64,000 nucleotides of DNA from assembly GCA_964016885.1 (NCBI GenBank), contig OZ024747.1:77810001-77874000 (forward strand), written 5' to 3'. Origin of the DNA: Eledone cirrhosa (lineage: Eukaryota). A program made the position numbers and the translations under genes. The notes under the pieces are model-generated. The model made no database searches, was not told the origin of the DNA, and saw only the letters and a list, made by a program, of their open reading frames with translations. This document shows, one piece after another, positions 15,001-30,000 of the stretch (positions are counted from its first letter, which is position 1; the number at the start of each line of letters is the position of its first letter).

Positions 15001-18000
15001 TGTTGGAATCTGAACTAGTGTCACTGGAATAGTACTGGGTGTGTTGGAATCTGAACTAGTGTCACTGGAATAGTACTGGGTGTGTTGGAATCTGAACTAG
15101 TGTCACTGGAATAGTAGTGGGTGTGTTGGAATCTGAACTAGTGTCACTGGAATAGTACTGGGTGTGTTGGAATCTGAACTAGTGTCACTGGAATACTACC
15201 AAGGTGTGTTGGAATCTGAACTAGTGTCACTGGAATAGTACTGGGTGTGTTGGAATCTGAACTAGTGTCACTGGAATAGTAGCGGGTGTGTTGGAATGTG
15301 AACTAGAGTCACTGGAATAGTACTGGCTGTCTTGGAATCTGAACTAGTGTCACTGGAATAGTAGCGGGTGTGTTGGAATCTGAACTAGAGTCACTGGAAT
15401 AGTACTGGGTGTGTTGGAATCTGAACTAGTGTCACTGGAATAGTACTGGGTGTGTTGGAATCTGAACTAGTGTCACTGGAATAGTACTGGGTGTGTTGGA
15501 ATCTGAACTAGAGTCACTGGAATAGTACTGGGTGTGTTGGAATCTGAACTAGTGTCACTGGAATAGTACTGGGTGTGTTGGAATCTGAACTAGTGTCACT
15601 GGAATAGTACTGGGTGTGTTGGAATCTGAACTAGAGTCACTGGAATACTACCAAGGTGTGTTGGAATCTGAACTAGTGTCACTGGAATAGTACTGGGTGT
15701 GTTGGAATCTGAACTCGAGTCACTGGAATACTACCAAGGTGTGTTGGAATCTGAACTAGTGTCACTGGAATAGTACTGGGTGTGTTGGAATCTGAACTAG
15801 TGTCACTGGAATAGTAGTGGGTGTGTTGGAATCTGAACTAGAGTCACTGGAATAGTACTGGGTGTGTTGGAATCTGAACTAGTGTCACTGGAATATTACT
15901 GGGTGTGTTGGAATCTGAACTAGTGTCACTGGAATAGTACTGGGTGTGTTGGAATCTGAACTAGTGTCACTGGAATAGTACTGGGTGTGTTGGAATCTGA
16001 ACTAGTGTCACTGGAATAGTAGCGGGTGTGTTGGAATGTGAACTAGAGTCACTGGAATAGTACTGGCTGTCTTGGAATCTGAACTAGTGTCACTGGAATA
16101 GTAGTGGGTGTGTTGGAATCTGAACTAGTGTCACTGGAATAGTAGTGGGTGTGTTGGAATCTGAACTAGTGTCACTGGAATAGTAGCGGGTGTGTTGGAA
16201 TCTGAACTAGTGTCACTGGAATAGTACTGGGTGTGTTGGAATCTGAACTAGAGTCACTGGAATAGTACTGGGTGTGTTGGAATCTGAACTAGTGTCACTG
16301 GAATAGTACTGGGTGTGTTGGATTCTGAACTAGAGTCACTGGAATAGTACTGGGTGTGTTGGAATCTGAACTAGTGTCACTGGAATAGTACCAAGGTGTG
16401 TTGGAATCTGAACTAGTGTCACTGGAATAGTACCAAGGTGTGTTGGAATCTGAACTAGTGTCACTGGAATAGTACTGGGTGTGTTGGAATCTGAACTAGT
16501 ATCACTGGAATAGTACTGGGTGTGTTGGAATCTGAACTAGTGTCACTGGAATAGTACTGGGTGTGTTGGAATCTGAACTAGTGTCACTGGAATAGTACTG
16601 GGTGTGTTGGAATCTGAACTAGTGTCACTGGAATACTACCAAGGTGTGTTGGAATCAGAACTAGTGTCACTGGAATAGTACTGGGTGTGTTGGAATCTGA
16701 ACTAGTGTCACTGGAATAGTACTGGCTGTCTTGGAATCTGAACTAGTGTCACTGGAATAGTAGCGGGTGTGTTAGAATGTGAACTAGAGTCACTGGAATA
16801 GTACTGGGTGTGTTGGAATCTGAACTAGTGTCACTGGAATAGTACTGGGTGTGTTGGAATCTGAACTAGAGTCACTGGAATAGTACTGGGTGTGTTGGAA
16901 TCTGAACTAGTGTCACTGGAATAGTACTGGGTGTGTTGGAATCTGAACTAGTGTCACTGGAATAGTACTGGGTGTGTTGGAATCTGAACTAGTGTCACTG
17001 GAATAGTAGTGGGTGTGTTGGAATCTGAACTAGTGTCACTGGAATAGTACTGGGTGTGTTGGAATCTGAACTAGTGTCACTGGAATACTACCAAGGTGTG
17101 TTGGAATCTGAACTAGTGTCACTGGAATAGTACTGGGTGTGTTGGAATCTGAACTAGTGTCACTGGAATAGTACTGGGTGTGTTGGAATCTGAACTAGTG
17201 TCACTGGAATAGTACTGGGTGTGTTGGAATCTGAACTAGTGTCACTGGAATAGTACTGGGTGTGTTGGAATCTGAACTAGTGTCACTGGAATACTACCAA
17301 GGTGTGTTGGAATCTGAACTAGTGTCACTGGAATAGTACTGGGTGTGTTGGAATGTGAACTAGAGTCACTGGAATAGTAGCGGGTGTGTTGGAATCTGAA
17401 CTAGTGTCACTGGAATGGTACTGGGTGTGTTGGAATCTGAACTCGAGTCACTGGAATACTACCAAGGTGTGTTGGAATCTGAACTAGTGTCACTGGAATA
17501 GTACTGGGTGTGTTGGAATCTGAACTAGTGTCACTGGAATAGTACTGGGTGTGTTGGAATCTGAACTAGTGTCACTGGAATAGTACTGGGTGTGTTGGAA
17601 TCTGAACTAGAGTCACTGGAATACTACCAAGGTGTGTTGGAATCTGAACTAGTGTCACTGGAATAGTACTGGGTGTGTTGGAATCTGAACTCGAGTCACT
17701 GGAATACTACCAAGGTGTGTTGGAATCTGAACTAGTGTCACTGGAATAGTACTGGGTGTGTTGGAATCTGAACTAGTGTCACTGGAATAGTAGTGGGTGT
17801 GTTGGAATCTGAACTAGAGTCACTGGAATAGTACTGGGTGTGTTGGAATCTGAACTAGTGTCACTGGAATATTACTGGGTGTGTTGGAATCTGAACTAGT
17901 GTCACTGGAATAGTACTGGGTGTGTTGGAATCTGAACTAGTGTCACTGGAATAGTACTGGGTGTGTTGGAATCTGAACTAGTGTCACTGGAATATTACTG

Positions 18001-21000
18001 GGTGTGTTGGAATCTGAACTAGTGTCACTGGAATAGTACTGGGTGTGTTGGAATCTGAACTAGAGTCACTGGAATAGTACTGGGTGTGTTGGAATCTGAA
18101 CTAGTGTCACTGGAATAGTACTGGGTGTGTTGGAATCTGAACTAGTGTCACTGGAATATTACTGGGTGTGTTGGAATCTGAACTAGTGTCACTGGAATAG
18201 TACTGGGTGTGTTGGAATCTGAACTAGAGTCACTGGAATAGTACTGGGTGTGTTGGAATCTGAACTAGTGTCACTGGAATAGTACTGGGTGTGTTGGAAT
18301 CTGAACTAGAGTCACTGGAATAGTACTGGGTGTGTTGGAATCTGAACTAGTGTCACTGGAATAGTACTGGGTGTGTTGGAATCTGAACTAGAGTCACTGG
18401 AATAGTACTGGGTGTGTTGGAATCTGAACTAGTGTCACTGGAATAGTACCAAGGTGTGTTGGAATCTGAACTAGTGTCACTGGAATAGTACCAAGGTGTG
18501 TTGGAATCTGAACTAGTGTCACTGGAATAGTACTGGGTGTGTTGGAATCTGAACTAGTATCACTGGAATAGTACTGGGTGTGTTGGAATCTGAACTAGTG
18601 TCACTGGAATAGTACTGGGTGTGTTGGAATCTGAACTAGTGTCACTGGAATAGTACTGGGTGTGTTGGAATCTGAACTAGTGTCACTGGAATAGTAGTGG
18701 GTGTGTTGGAATCTGAACTAGTGTCACTGGAATAGTACTGGGTGTGTTGGAATCTGAACTAGAGTCACTGGAATAGTACTGGGTGTGTTGGAATCTGAAC
18801 TAGTGTCACTGGAATAGTACTGGGTGTGTTGGAATCTGAACTAGAATCACTGGAATAGTACTGGGTGTGTTGGAATCTGAACTAGTGTCACTGGAATAGT
18901 ACCAAGGTGTGTTGGAATCTGAACTAGTGTCACTGGAATAGTACCAAGGTGTGTTGGAATCTGAACTAGTGTCACTGGAATAGTACTGGGTGTGTTGGAA
19001 TCTGAACTAGTATCACTGGAATAGTACTGGGTGTGTTGGAATCTGAACTAGTGTCACTGGAATAGTACTGGGTGTGTTGGAATCTGAACTAGTGTCACTG
19101 GAATAGTACTGGGTGTGTTGGAATCTGAACTAGTGTCACTGGAATACTACCAAGGTGTCTTGGAATCTGAACTAGTGTCACTGGAATAGTAGCGGGTGTG
19201 TTGGAATCTGAACTAGTGTCACTGGAATAGTACTGGGTGTGTTGGAATCTGAACTAGTGTCACTGGAATAGTAGCGGCTGTGTTGGAATCTGAACTAAAG
19301 TCACTGGAATAGTACTGGGTGTGTTGGAATCTGAACTAGTGTCACTGGAATAGTAGCGGGTGTGTTGGAATCTGAACTAGAGTCACTGGAATAGTACTGG
19401 GTGTGTTGGAATCTGAACTAGTGTCACTGGAATACTACCAAGGTGTGTTGGAATCTGAACTAGTGTCACTGGAATAGTACTGGGTGTGTTGGAATCTGAA
19501 CTAGTGTCACTGGAATAGTACTGGGTGTGTTGGAATCTGAACTAGTGTCACTGGAATACTACCAAGGTGTGTTGGAATCTGAACTAGTGTCACTGGAATA
19601 GTAGCGGGTGTGTTGGAATCTGAACTAGAGTCACTGGAATAGTAGTGGGTGTGTTGGAATCTGAACTAGTGTCACTGGAATAGTACTGGGTGTGTTGGAA
19701 TCTGAACTAGTGTCACTGGAATAGTAGTGGGTGTGTTGGAATCTGAACTAGTGTCACTGGAATAGTACTGGGTGTGTTGGAATCTGAACTAGAGTCACTG
19801 GAATACTACCAAGGTGTGTTGGAATCTGAACTAGAGTCACTGGAATAGTACTGGGTGTGTTGGAATCTGAACTAGTGTCACTGGAATAGTACTGGGTGTG
19901 TTGGAATCTGAACTAGAGTCACTGGAATAGTACTGGTTGTGTTGGAATCTGAACTAGTGTCACTGGAATAGTACTGGGTGTGTTGGAATCTGAACTAGAG
20001 TCACTGGAATAGTACTGGGTGTGTTGGAATCTGAACTAGTGTCACTGGAATATTACTGGGTGTGTTGGAATCTGAACTAGTGTCACTGGAATAGTACTGG
20101 GTGTGTTGGAATCTGAACTAGAGTCACTGGAATAGTACTGGGTGTGTTGGAATCTGAACTAGAGTCACTGGAATAGTACTGGGTGTGTTGGAATCTGAAC
20201 TAGAGTCACTGGAATAGTACTGGGTGTGTTGGAATCTGAACTAGTGTCACTGGAATAGTACTGGGTGTGTTGGAATCTGAACTAGAGTCACTGGAATAGT
20301 ACTGGGTGTGTTGGAATCTGAACTAGTGTCACTGGAATAGTACTGGGTGTGTTGGAATCTGAACTAGAGTCACTGGAATAGTACTGGGTGTGTTGGAATC
20401 TGAACTAGTGTCACTGGAATAGTACTGGGTGTGTTGGAATCTGAACTAGTGTCACTGGAATAGTACTGGGTGTGTTGGATTCTGAACTAGAGTCACTGGA
20501 ATAGTACTGGGTGTGTTGGAATCTGAACTAGTGTCACTGGAATAATACCAAGGTGTGTTGGAATCTGAACTAGTGTCACTGGAATAGTACCAAGGTGTGT
20601 TGGAATCTGAACTAGTGTCACTGGAATAGTACTGGGTGTGTTGGAATCTGAACTAGTATCACTGGAATAGTACTGGGTGTGTTGGAATCTGAACTAGTGT
20701 CACTGGAATAGTACTGGGTGTGTTGGAATCTGAACTAGTGTCACTGGAATAGTACTGGGTGTGTTGGAATCTGAACTAGTGTCACTGGAATACTACCAAG
20801 GTGTGTTGGAATCAGAACTAGTGTCACTGGAATAGTACTGGGTGTGTTGGAATCTGAACTAGTGTCACTGGAATAGTACTGGCTGTCTTGGAATCTGAAC
20901 TAGTGTCACTGGAATAGTAGCGGGTGTGTTAGAATGTGAACTAGAGTCACTGGAATAGTACTGGGTGTGTTGGAATCTGAACTAGTGTCACTGGAATAGT

Positions 21001-24000
21001 ACTGGGTGTGTTGGAATCTGAACTAGAGTCACTGGAATAGTACTGGGTGTGTTGGAATCTGAACTAGTGTCACTGGAATAGTACTGGGTGTGTTGGAATC
21101 TGAACTAGTGTCACTGGAATAGTACTGGGTGTGTTGGAATCTGAACTAGTGTCACTGGAATAGTAGTGGGTGTGTTGGAATCTGAACTAGCGTCACTGGA
21201 ATAGTACTGGGTGTGTTGGAATCTGAACTAGTGTCACTGGAATACTACCAAGGTGTGTTGGAATCTGAACTAGTGTCACTGGAATAGTACTGGGTGTGTT
21301 GGAATCTGAACTAGTGTCACTGGAATAGTACTGGGTGTGTTGGAATCTGAACTAGTGTCACTGGAATAGTACTGGGTGTGTTGGAATCTGAACTAGTGTC
21401 ACTGGAATAGTACTGGGTGTGTTGGAATCTGAACTAGTGTCACTGGAATACTACCAAGGTGTGTTGGAATCTGAACTAGTGTCACTGGAATAGTACTGGG
21501 TGTGTTGGAATGTGAACTAGAGTCACTGGAATAGTAGCGGGTGTGTTGGAATCTGAACTAGTGTCACTGGAATGGTACTGGGTGTGTTGGAATCTGAACT
21601 CGAGTCACTGGAATACTACCAAGGTGTGTTGGAATCTGAACTAGTGTCACTGGAATAGTACTGGGTGTGTTGGAATCTGAACTAGTGTCACTGGAATAGT
21701 ACTGGGTGTGTTGGAATCTGAACTAGTGTCACTGGAATAGTACTGGGTGTGTTGGAATCTGAACTACAGTCACTGGAATACTACCAAGGTGTGTTGGAAT
21801 CTGAACTAGTGTCACTGGAATAGTACTGGGTGTGTTGGAATCTGAACTCGAGTCACTGGAATACTACCTAGGTGTGTTGGAATCTGAACTAGTGTCACTG
21901 GAATAGTACTGGGTGTGTTGGAATCTGAACTAGTGTCACTGGAATAGTAGTGGGTGTGTTGGAATCTGAACTAGAGTCACTGGAATAGTACTGGGTGTGT
22001 TGGAATCTGAACTAGTGTCACTGGAATATTACTGGGTGTGTTGGAATCTGAACTAGTGTCACTGGAATAGTACTGGGTGTGTTGGAATCTGAACTAGTGT
22101 CACTGGAATAGTACTGGGTGTGTTGGAATCTGAACTAGTGTCACTGGAATATTACTGGGTGTGTTGGAATCTGAACTAGTGTCACTGGAATAGTACTGGG
22201 TGTGTTGGAATCTGAACTAGAGTCACTGGAATAGTACTGGGTGTGTTGGAATCTGAACTAGTGTCACTGGAATAGTACTGGGTGTGTTGGAATCTGAACT
22301 AGTGTCACTGGAATATTACTGGGTGTGTTGGAATCTGAACTAGTGTCACTGGAATAGTACTGGGTGTGTTGGAATCTGAACTAGAGTCACTGGAATAGTA
22401 CTGGGTGTGTTGGAATCTGAACTAGTGTCACTGGAATAGTACTGGGTGTGTTGGAATCTGAACTAGAATCACTGGAATAGTACTGGGTGTGTTGGAATCT
22501 GAACTAGTGTCACTGGAATAGTACTGGGTGTGTTGGAATCTGAACTAGAGTCACTGGAATAGTACTGGGTGTGTTGGAATCTGAACTAGTGTCACTGGAA
22601 TAGTACCAAGGTGTGTTGGAATCTGAACTAGTGTCACTGGAATAGTACCAAGGTGTGTTGGAATCTGAACTAGTGTCACTGGAATAGTACTGGGTGTGTT
22701 GGAATCTGAACTAGTATCACTGGAATAGTACTGGGTGTGTTGGAATCTGAACTAGTGTCACTGGAATAGTACTGGGTGTGTTGGAATCTGAACTAGTGTC
22801 ACTGGAATAGTACTGGGTGTGTTGGAATCTGAACTAGTGTCACTGGAATAGTAGTGGGTGTGTTGGAATCTGAACTAGTGTCACTGGAATAGTACTGGGT
22901 GTGTTGGAATCTGAACTAGAGTCACTGGAATAGTACTGGGTGTGTTGGAATCTGAACTAGTGTCACTGGAATAGTACTGGGTGTGTTGGAATCTGAACTA
23001 GAGTCACTGGAATAGTACTGGGTGTGTTGGAATCTGAACTAGTGTCACTGGAATAGTACCAAGGTGTGTTGGAATCTGAACTAGTGTCACTGGAATAGTA
23101 CCAAGGTGTGTTGGAATCTGAACTAGTGTCACTGGAATAGTACTGGGTGTGTTGGAATCTGAACTAGTATCACTGGAATAGTACTGGGTGTGTTGGAATC
23201 TGAACTAGTGTCACTGGAATAGTACTGGGTGTGTTGGAATCTGAACTAGTGTCACTGGAATAGTACTGGGTGTGTTGGAATCTGAACTAGTGTCACTGGA
23301 ATACTACCAAGGTGTCTTGGAATCTGAACTAGTGTCACTGGAATAGTAGCGGGTGTGTTGGAATCTGAACTAGTGTCACTGGAATAGTACTGGGTGTGTT
23401 GGAATCTGAACTAGTGTCACTGGAATAGTAGCGGCTGTGTTGGAATCTGAACTAAAGTCACTGGAATAGTACTGGGTGTGTTGGAATCTGAACTAGTGTC
23501 GCTGGAATAGTAGCGGGTGTGTTGGAATCTGAACTAGAGTCACTGGAATAGTACTGGGTGTGTTGGAATCTGAACTAGTGTCACTGGAATACTACCAAGG
23601 TGTGTTGGAATCTGAACTAGTGTCAGTGGAATAGTACTGGGTGTGTTGGAATCTGAACTAGTGTCACTGGAATAGTACTGGGTGTGTTGGAATCTGAACT
23701 AGTGTCACTGGAATACTACCAAGGTGTGTTGGAATCTGAACTAGTGTCACTGGAATAGTAGCGGGTGTGTTGGAATCTGAACTAGAGTCACTGGAATAGT
23801 AGTGGGTGTGTTGGAATCTGAACTAGTGTCACTGGAATAGTACTGGGTGTGTTGGAATCTGAACTAGTGTCACTGGAATAGTAGTGGGTGTGTTGGAATC
23901 TGAACTAGTGTCACTGGAATAGTACTGGGTGTGTTGGAATCTGAACTAGTGTCACTGGAATAGTACTGGGTGTGTTGGAATCTGAACTAGAGTCACTGGA

Positions 24001-27000
24001 ATACTACCAAGGTGTGTTGGAATCTGAACTAGTGTCACTGGAATAGTACTGGGTGTGTTGGAATCTGAACTAGAGTCACTGGAATATTACTGGGTGTGTT
24101 GGAATCTGAACTAGTGTCACTGGAATAGTACTGGGTGTGTTGGAATCTGAACTAGAGTCACTGGAATAGTACTGGGTGTTTTGGAATCTGAACTAGAGTC
24201 ACTGGAATAGTACTGGGTGTGTTGGAATCTGAACTAGTGTCACTGGAATAGTACTGGGTGTGTTGGAATCTGAACTAGAGTCACTGGAATAGTACTGGGT
24301 GTGTTGGAATCTGAACTAGTGTCACTGGAATAGTACTGGGTGTGTTGGAATCTGAACTAGAGTCACTGGAATAGTACTGGGTGTGTTGGAATCTGAACTA
24401 GTGTCACTGGAATAGTACTGGGTGTGTTGGAATCTGAACTAGTGTCACTGGAATAGTACTGGGTGTGTTGGAATCTGAACTAGTGTCACTGGAATAGTAG
24501 TGGGTGTGTTGGAATCTGAACTAGTGTCACTGGAATAGTACTGGGTGTGTTGGAATCTGAACTAGAGTCACTGGAATAGTACTGGGTGTGTTGGAATCTG
24601 AACTAGTGTCACTGGAATAGTACTGGGTGTGTTGGATTCTGAACTAGAGTCACTGGAATAGTACTGGGTGTGTTGGAATCTGAACTAGTGTCACTGGAAT
24701 AGTACCAAGGTGTGTTGGAATCTGAACTAGTGTCACTGGAATAGTACCAAGGTGTGTTGGAATCTGAACTAGTGTCACTGGAATAGTACTGGGTGTGTTG
24801 GAATCTGAACTAGTATCACTGGAATAGTACTGGGTGTGTTGGAATCTGAACTAGTGTCACTGGAATAGTACTGGGTGTGTTGGAATCTGAACTAGTGTCA
24901 CTGGAATAGTACTGGGTGTGTTGGAATCTGAACTAGTGTCACTGGAATACTACCAAGGTGTGTTGGAATCTGAACTAGTGTCACTGGAATAGTACTGGGT
25001 GTGTTGGAATCTGAACTAGTGTCACTGGAATAGTACTGGCTGTCTTGGAATCTGAACTAGTGTCACTGGAATAGTACTGGGTGTGTTGGAATCTGAACTA
25101 GTGTCACTGGAATAGTACTGGCTGTCTTGGAATCTGAACTAGTGTCACTGGAATAGTACTGGGTGTGTTGGAATCTGAACTAGTGTCACTGGAATAGTAC
25201 TGGGTGTGTTGGAATCTGAACTAGTGTCACTGGAATACTACCAAGGTGTGTTGGAATCTGAACTAGTGTCACTGGAATAGTACTGGGTGTGTTGGAATCT
25301 GAACTAGTGTCACTGGAATAGTACTGGCTGTCTTGGAATCTGAACTAGTGTCACTGGAATAGTACTGGGTGTGTTGGAATCTGAACTAGTGTCACTGGAA
25401 TAGTACTGGCTGTCTTGGAATCTGAACTAGTGTCACTGGAATAGTACTGGGTGTGTTGGAATCTGAACTAGTGTCACTGGAATAGTACTGGGTGTGTTGG
25501 AATCTGAACTAGTGTCACTGGAATAGTAGTGGGTGTGTTGGAATCTGAACTAGAGTCACTGGAATAGTACTGGGTGTGTTGGAATCTGAACTAGTGTCAC
25601 TGGAATATTACTGGGTGTGTTGGAATCTGAACTAGTGTCACTGGAATAGTACTGGGTGTGTTGGAATCTGAACTAGTGTCACTGGAATAGTACTGGGTGT
25701 GTTGGAATCTGAACTAGAGTCACTGGAATAGTACTGGGTGTGTTGGAATCTGAACTAGTGTCACTGGAATAGTACTGGGTGTGTTGGAATCTGAACTGGA
25801 GTCACTGGAATAGTACTGGGTGTGTTGGAATCTGAACTAGTGTCACTGGAATAGTACTGGGTGTGTTGGAATCTGAACTAGAGTCACTGGAATAGTACTG
25901 GGTGTGTTGGAATCTGAACTAGAGTCACTGGAATAGTACTGGGTGTGTTGGAATCTGAACTAGTGTGACTGGAATAGTACTGGGTGTGTTGGAATCTGAA
26001 CTAGAGTCACTGGAATAGTACTGGGTGTGTTGGAATCTGAACTAGTGTCACTGGAATATTACTGGGTGTGTTGGAATCTGAACTAGTGTCACTGGAATAG
26101 TACTGGGTGTGTTGGAATCTGAACTAGAGTCACTGGAATAGTACTGGGTGTGTTGGAATCTGAACTAGTGTCACTGGAATAGTACTGGGTGTGTTGGAAT
26201 CTGAACTAGAGTCACTGGAATAGTACTGGGTGTGTTGGAATCTGAACTAGAGTCACTGGAATAGTACTGGGTGTGTTGGAATCTGAACTAGAGTCACTGG
26301 AATAGTACTGGGTGTGTTGGAATCTGAACTAGTGTCACTGGAATAGTACTGGGTGTGTTGGAATCTGAACTAGAGTCACTGGAATAGTACTGGGTGTGTT
26401 GGAATCTGAACTAGTGTGACTGGAATAGTACTGGGTGTGTTGGAATCTGAACTAGAGTCACTGGAATAGTACTGGGTGTGTTGGAATCTGAACTAGTGTC
26501 ACTGGAATATTACTGGGTGTGTTGGAATCTGAACTAGAGTCACTGGAATAGTACTGGGTGTGTTGGAATCTGAACTAGAGTCACTGGAATAGTACTGGGT
26601 GTGTTGGAATCTGAACTAGTGTCACTGGAATAGTACTGGGTGTGTTGGAATCTGAACTAGTGTCACTGGAATACTACCAAGGTGTGTTGGAATCTGAACT
26701 AGTGTCACTGGAATAGTACTGGGTGTGTTGGAATCTGAACTAGTGTCACTGGAATAGTAGTGGGTGTGTTGGAATCTGAACTAGTGTCACTGGAATAGTA
26801 CTGGGTGTGTTGGAATCTGAACTAGTGTCACTGGAATACTACCAAGGTGTGTTGGAATCTGAACTAGTGTCACTGGAATAGTACTGGGTGTGTTGGAATC
26901 TGAACTAGTGCCACTGGAATAGTAGCGGGTGTGTTGGAATGTGAACTAGAGTCACTGGAATAGTACTGGCTGTCTTGGAATCTGAACTAGTGTCACTGGA

Positions 27001-30000
27001 ATACTACCAAGGTGTGTTGGAATCTGAACTAGTGTCACTGGAATAGTACTGGGTGTGTTGGAATCTGAACTAGTGTCACTGGAATAGTACTGGGTGTGTT
27101 GGAATCTGAACTAGAGTCACTGGAATAGTACTGGGTGTGTTGGAATCTGAACTAGTGTCACTGGAATAGTAGTGGGTGTGTTGGAATCTGAACTAGAGTC
27201 ACTGGAATAGTACTGGGTGTGTTGGAATCTGAACTAGTGTCACTGGAATATTACTGGGTGTGTTGGAATCTGAACTAGTGTCACTGGAATAGTACTGGGT
27301 GTGTTGGAATCTGAACTAGAGTCACTGGAATAGTACTGGGTGTGTTGGAATCTGAACTAGTGTCACTGGAATAGTACTGGGTGTGTTGGAATCTGAACTA
27401 GAGTCACTGGAATAGTACTGGGTGTGTTGGAATCTGAACTAGTGTCACTGGAATAGTACTGGGTGTGTTGGAATCTGAACTAGAGTCACTGGAATAGTAC
27501 TGGGTGTGTTGGAATCTGAACTAGTGTCACTGGAATAGTACCAAGGTATGTTGGAATCTGAACTAGTGTCACTGGAATAGTACCAAGGTGTGTTGGAATC
27601 TGAACTAGTGTCACTGGAATAGTACTGGGTGTGTTGGAATCTGAACTAGTATCACTGGAATAGTACTGGGTGTGTTGGAATCTGAACTAGTGTCACTGGA
27701 ATAGTACTGGGTGTGTTGGAATCTGAACTAGTGTCACTGGAATAGTACTGGGTGTGTTGGAATCTGAACTAGTGTCACTGGAATAGTACTGGGTGTGTTG
27801 GAATCTGAACTAGAGTCACTGGAATAGTACTGGGTGTGTTGGAATCTGAACTAGTGTCACTGGAATAGTACTGGGTGTGTTGGAATCTGAACTAGAGTCA
27901 CTGGAATAGTACTGGGTGTGTTGGAATCTGAACTAGTGTCACTGGAATAGTACCAAGGTGTGTTGGAATCTGAACTAGTGTCACTGGAATAGTACCAAGG
28001 TGTGTTGGAATCTGAACTAGTGTCACTGGAATAGTACTGGGTGTGTTGGAATCTGAACTAGTATCACTGGAATAGTACTGGGTGTGTTGGAATCTGAACT
28101 AGTGTCACTGGAATAGTACTGGGTGTGTTGGAATCTGAACTAGTGTCACTGGAATAGTACTGGGTGTGTTGGAATCTGAACTAGTGTTACTGGAATACTA
28201 CCAAGGTGTCTTGGAATCTGAACTAGTGTCACTGGAATAGTACTGGGTGTGTTGGAATCTGAACTAGTGTCACTGGAATACTACCAAGGTGTGTTGGAAT
28301 CTGAACTAGTGTCACTGGAATAGTACTGGGTGTGTTGGAATCTGAACTAGTGCCACTGGAATAGTAGCGGGTGTGTTGGAATGTGAACTAGAGTCACTGG
28401 AATAGTACTGGCTGTCTTGGAATCTGAACTAGTGTCACTGGAATACTACCAAGGTGTGTTGGAATCTGAACTAGTGTCACTGGAATAGTACTGGGTGTGT
28501 TGGAATCTGAACTAGTGTCACTGGAATAGTACTGGGTGTGTTGGAATCTGAACTAGAGTCACTGGAATAGTACTGGGTGTGTTGGAATCTGAACTAGTGT
28601 CACTGGAATAGTAGTGGGTGTGTTGGAATCTGAACTAGAGTCACTGGAATAGTACTGGGTGTGTTGGAATCTGAACTAGTGTCACTGGAATATTACTGGG
28701 TGTGTTGGAATCTGAACTAGTGTCACTGGAATAGTACTGGGTGTGTTGGAATCTGAACTAGAGTCACTGGAATAGTACTGGGTGTGTTGGAATCTGAACT
28801 AGTGTCACTGGAATAGTACTGGGTGTGTTGGAATCTGAACTAGAGTCACTGGAATAGTACTGGGTGTGTTGGAATCTGAACTAGTGTCACTGGAATAGTA
28901 CTGGGTGTGTTGGAATCTGAACTAGAGTCACTGGAATAGTACTGGGTGTGTTGGAATCTGAACTAGTGTCACTGGAATAGTACCAAGGTATGTTGGAATC
29001 TGAACTAGTGTCACTGGAATAGTACCAAGGTGTGTTGGAATCTGAACTAGTGTCACTGGAATAGTACTGGGTGTGTTGGAATCTGAACTAGTATCACTGG
29101 AATAGTACTGGGTGTGTTGGAATCTGAACTAGTGTCACTGGAATAGTACTGGGTGTGTTGGAATCTGAACTAGTGTCACTGGAATAGTACTGGGTGTGTT
29201 GGAATCTGAACTAGTGTCACTGGAATAGTACTGGGTGTGTTGGAATCTGAACTAGAGTCACTGGAATAGTACTGGGTGTGTTGGAATCTGAACTAGTGTC
29301 ACTGGAATAGTACTGGGTGTGTTGGAATCTGAACTAGAGTCACTGGAATAGTACTGGGTGTGTTGGAATCTGAACTAGTGTCACTGGAATAGTACCAAGG
29401 TGTGTTGGAATCTGAACTAGTGTCACTGGAATAGTACCAAGGTGTGTTGGAATCTGAACTAGTGTCACTGGAATAGTACTGGGTGTGTTGGAATCTGAAC
29501 TAGTATCACTGGAATAGTACTGGGTGTGTTGGAATCTGAACTAGTGTCACTGGAATAGTACTGGGTGTGTTGGAATCTGAACTAGTGTCACTGGAATAGT
29601 ACTGGGTGTGTTGGAATCTGAACTAGTGTCACTGGAATACTACCAAGGTGTCTTGGAATCTGAACTAGTGTCACTGGAATAGTAGCGGGTGTGTTGGAAT
29701 CTGAACTAGTGTCACTGGAATAGTACTGGGTGTGTTGGAATCTGAACTAGTGTCACTGGAATAGTAGCGGCTGTGTTGGAATCTGAACTAAAGTCACTGG
29801 AATAGTACTGGGTGTGTTGGAATCTGAACTAGTGTCACTGGAATAGTAGCGGGTGTGTTGGAATCTGAACTAGTGTCACTGGAATAGTAGCGGGTGTGTT
29901 GGAATCTGAACTAGTGTCACTGGAATAGTAGCGGGTGTGTTGGAATGTGAACTAGAGTCACTGGAATAGTACTGGGTGTGTTGGAATCTGAACTAGTGTC

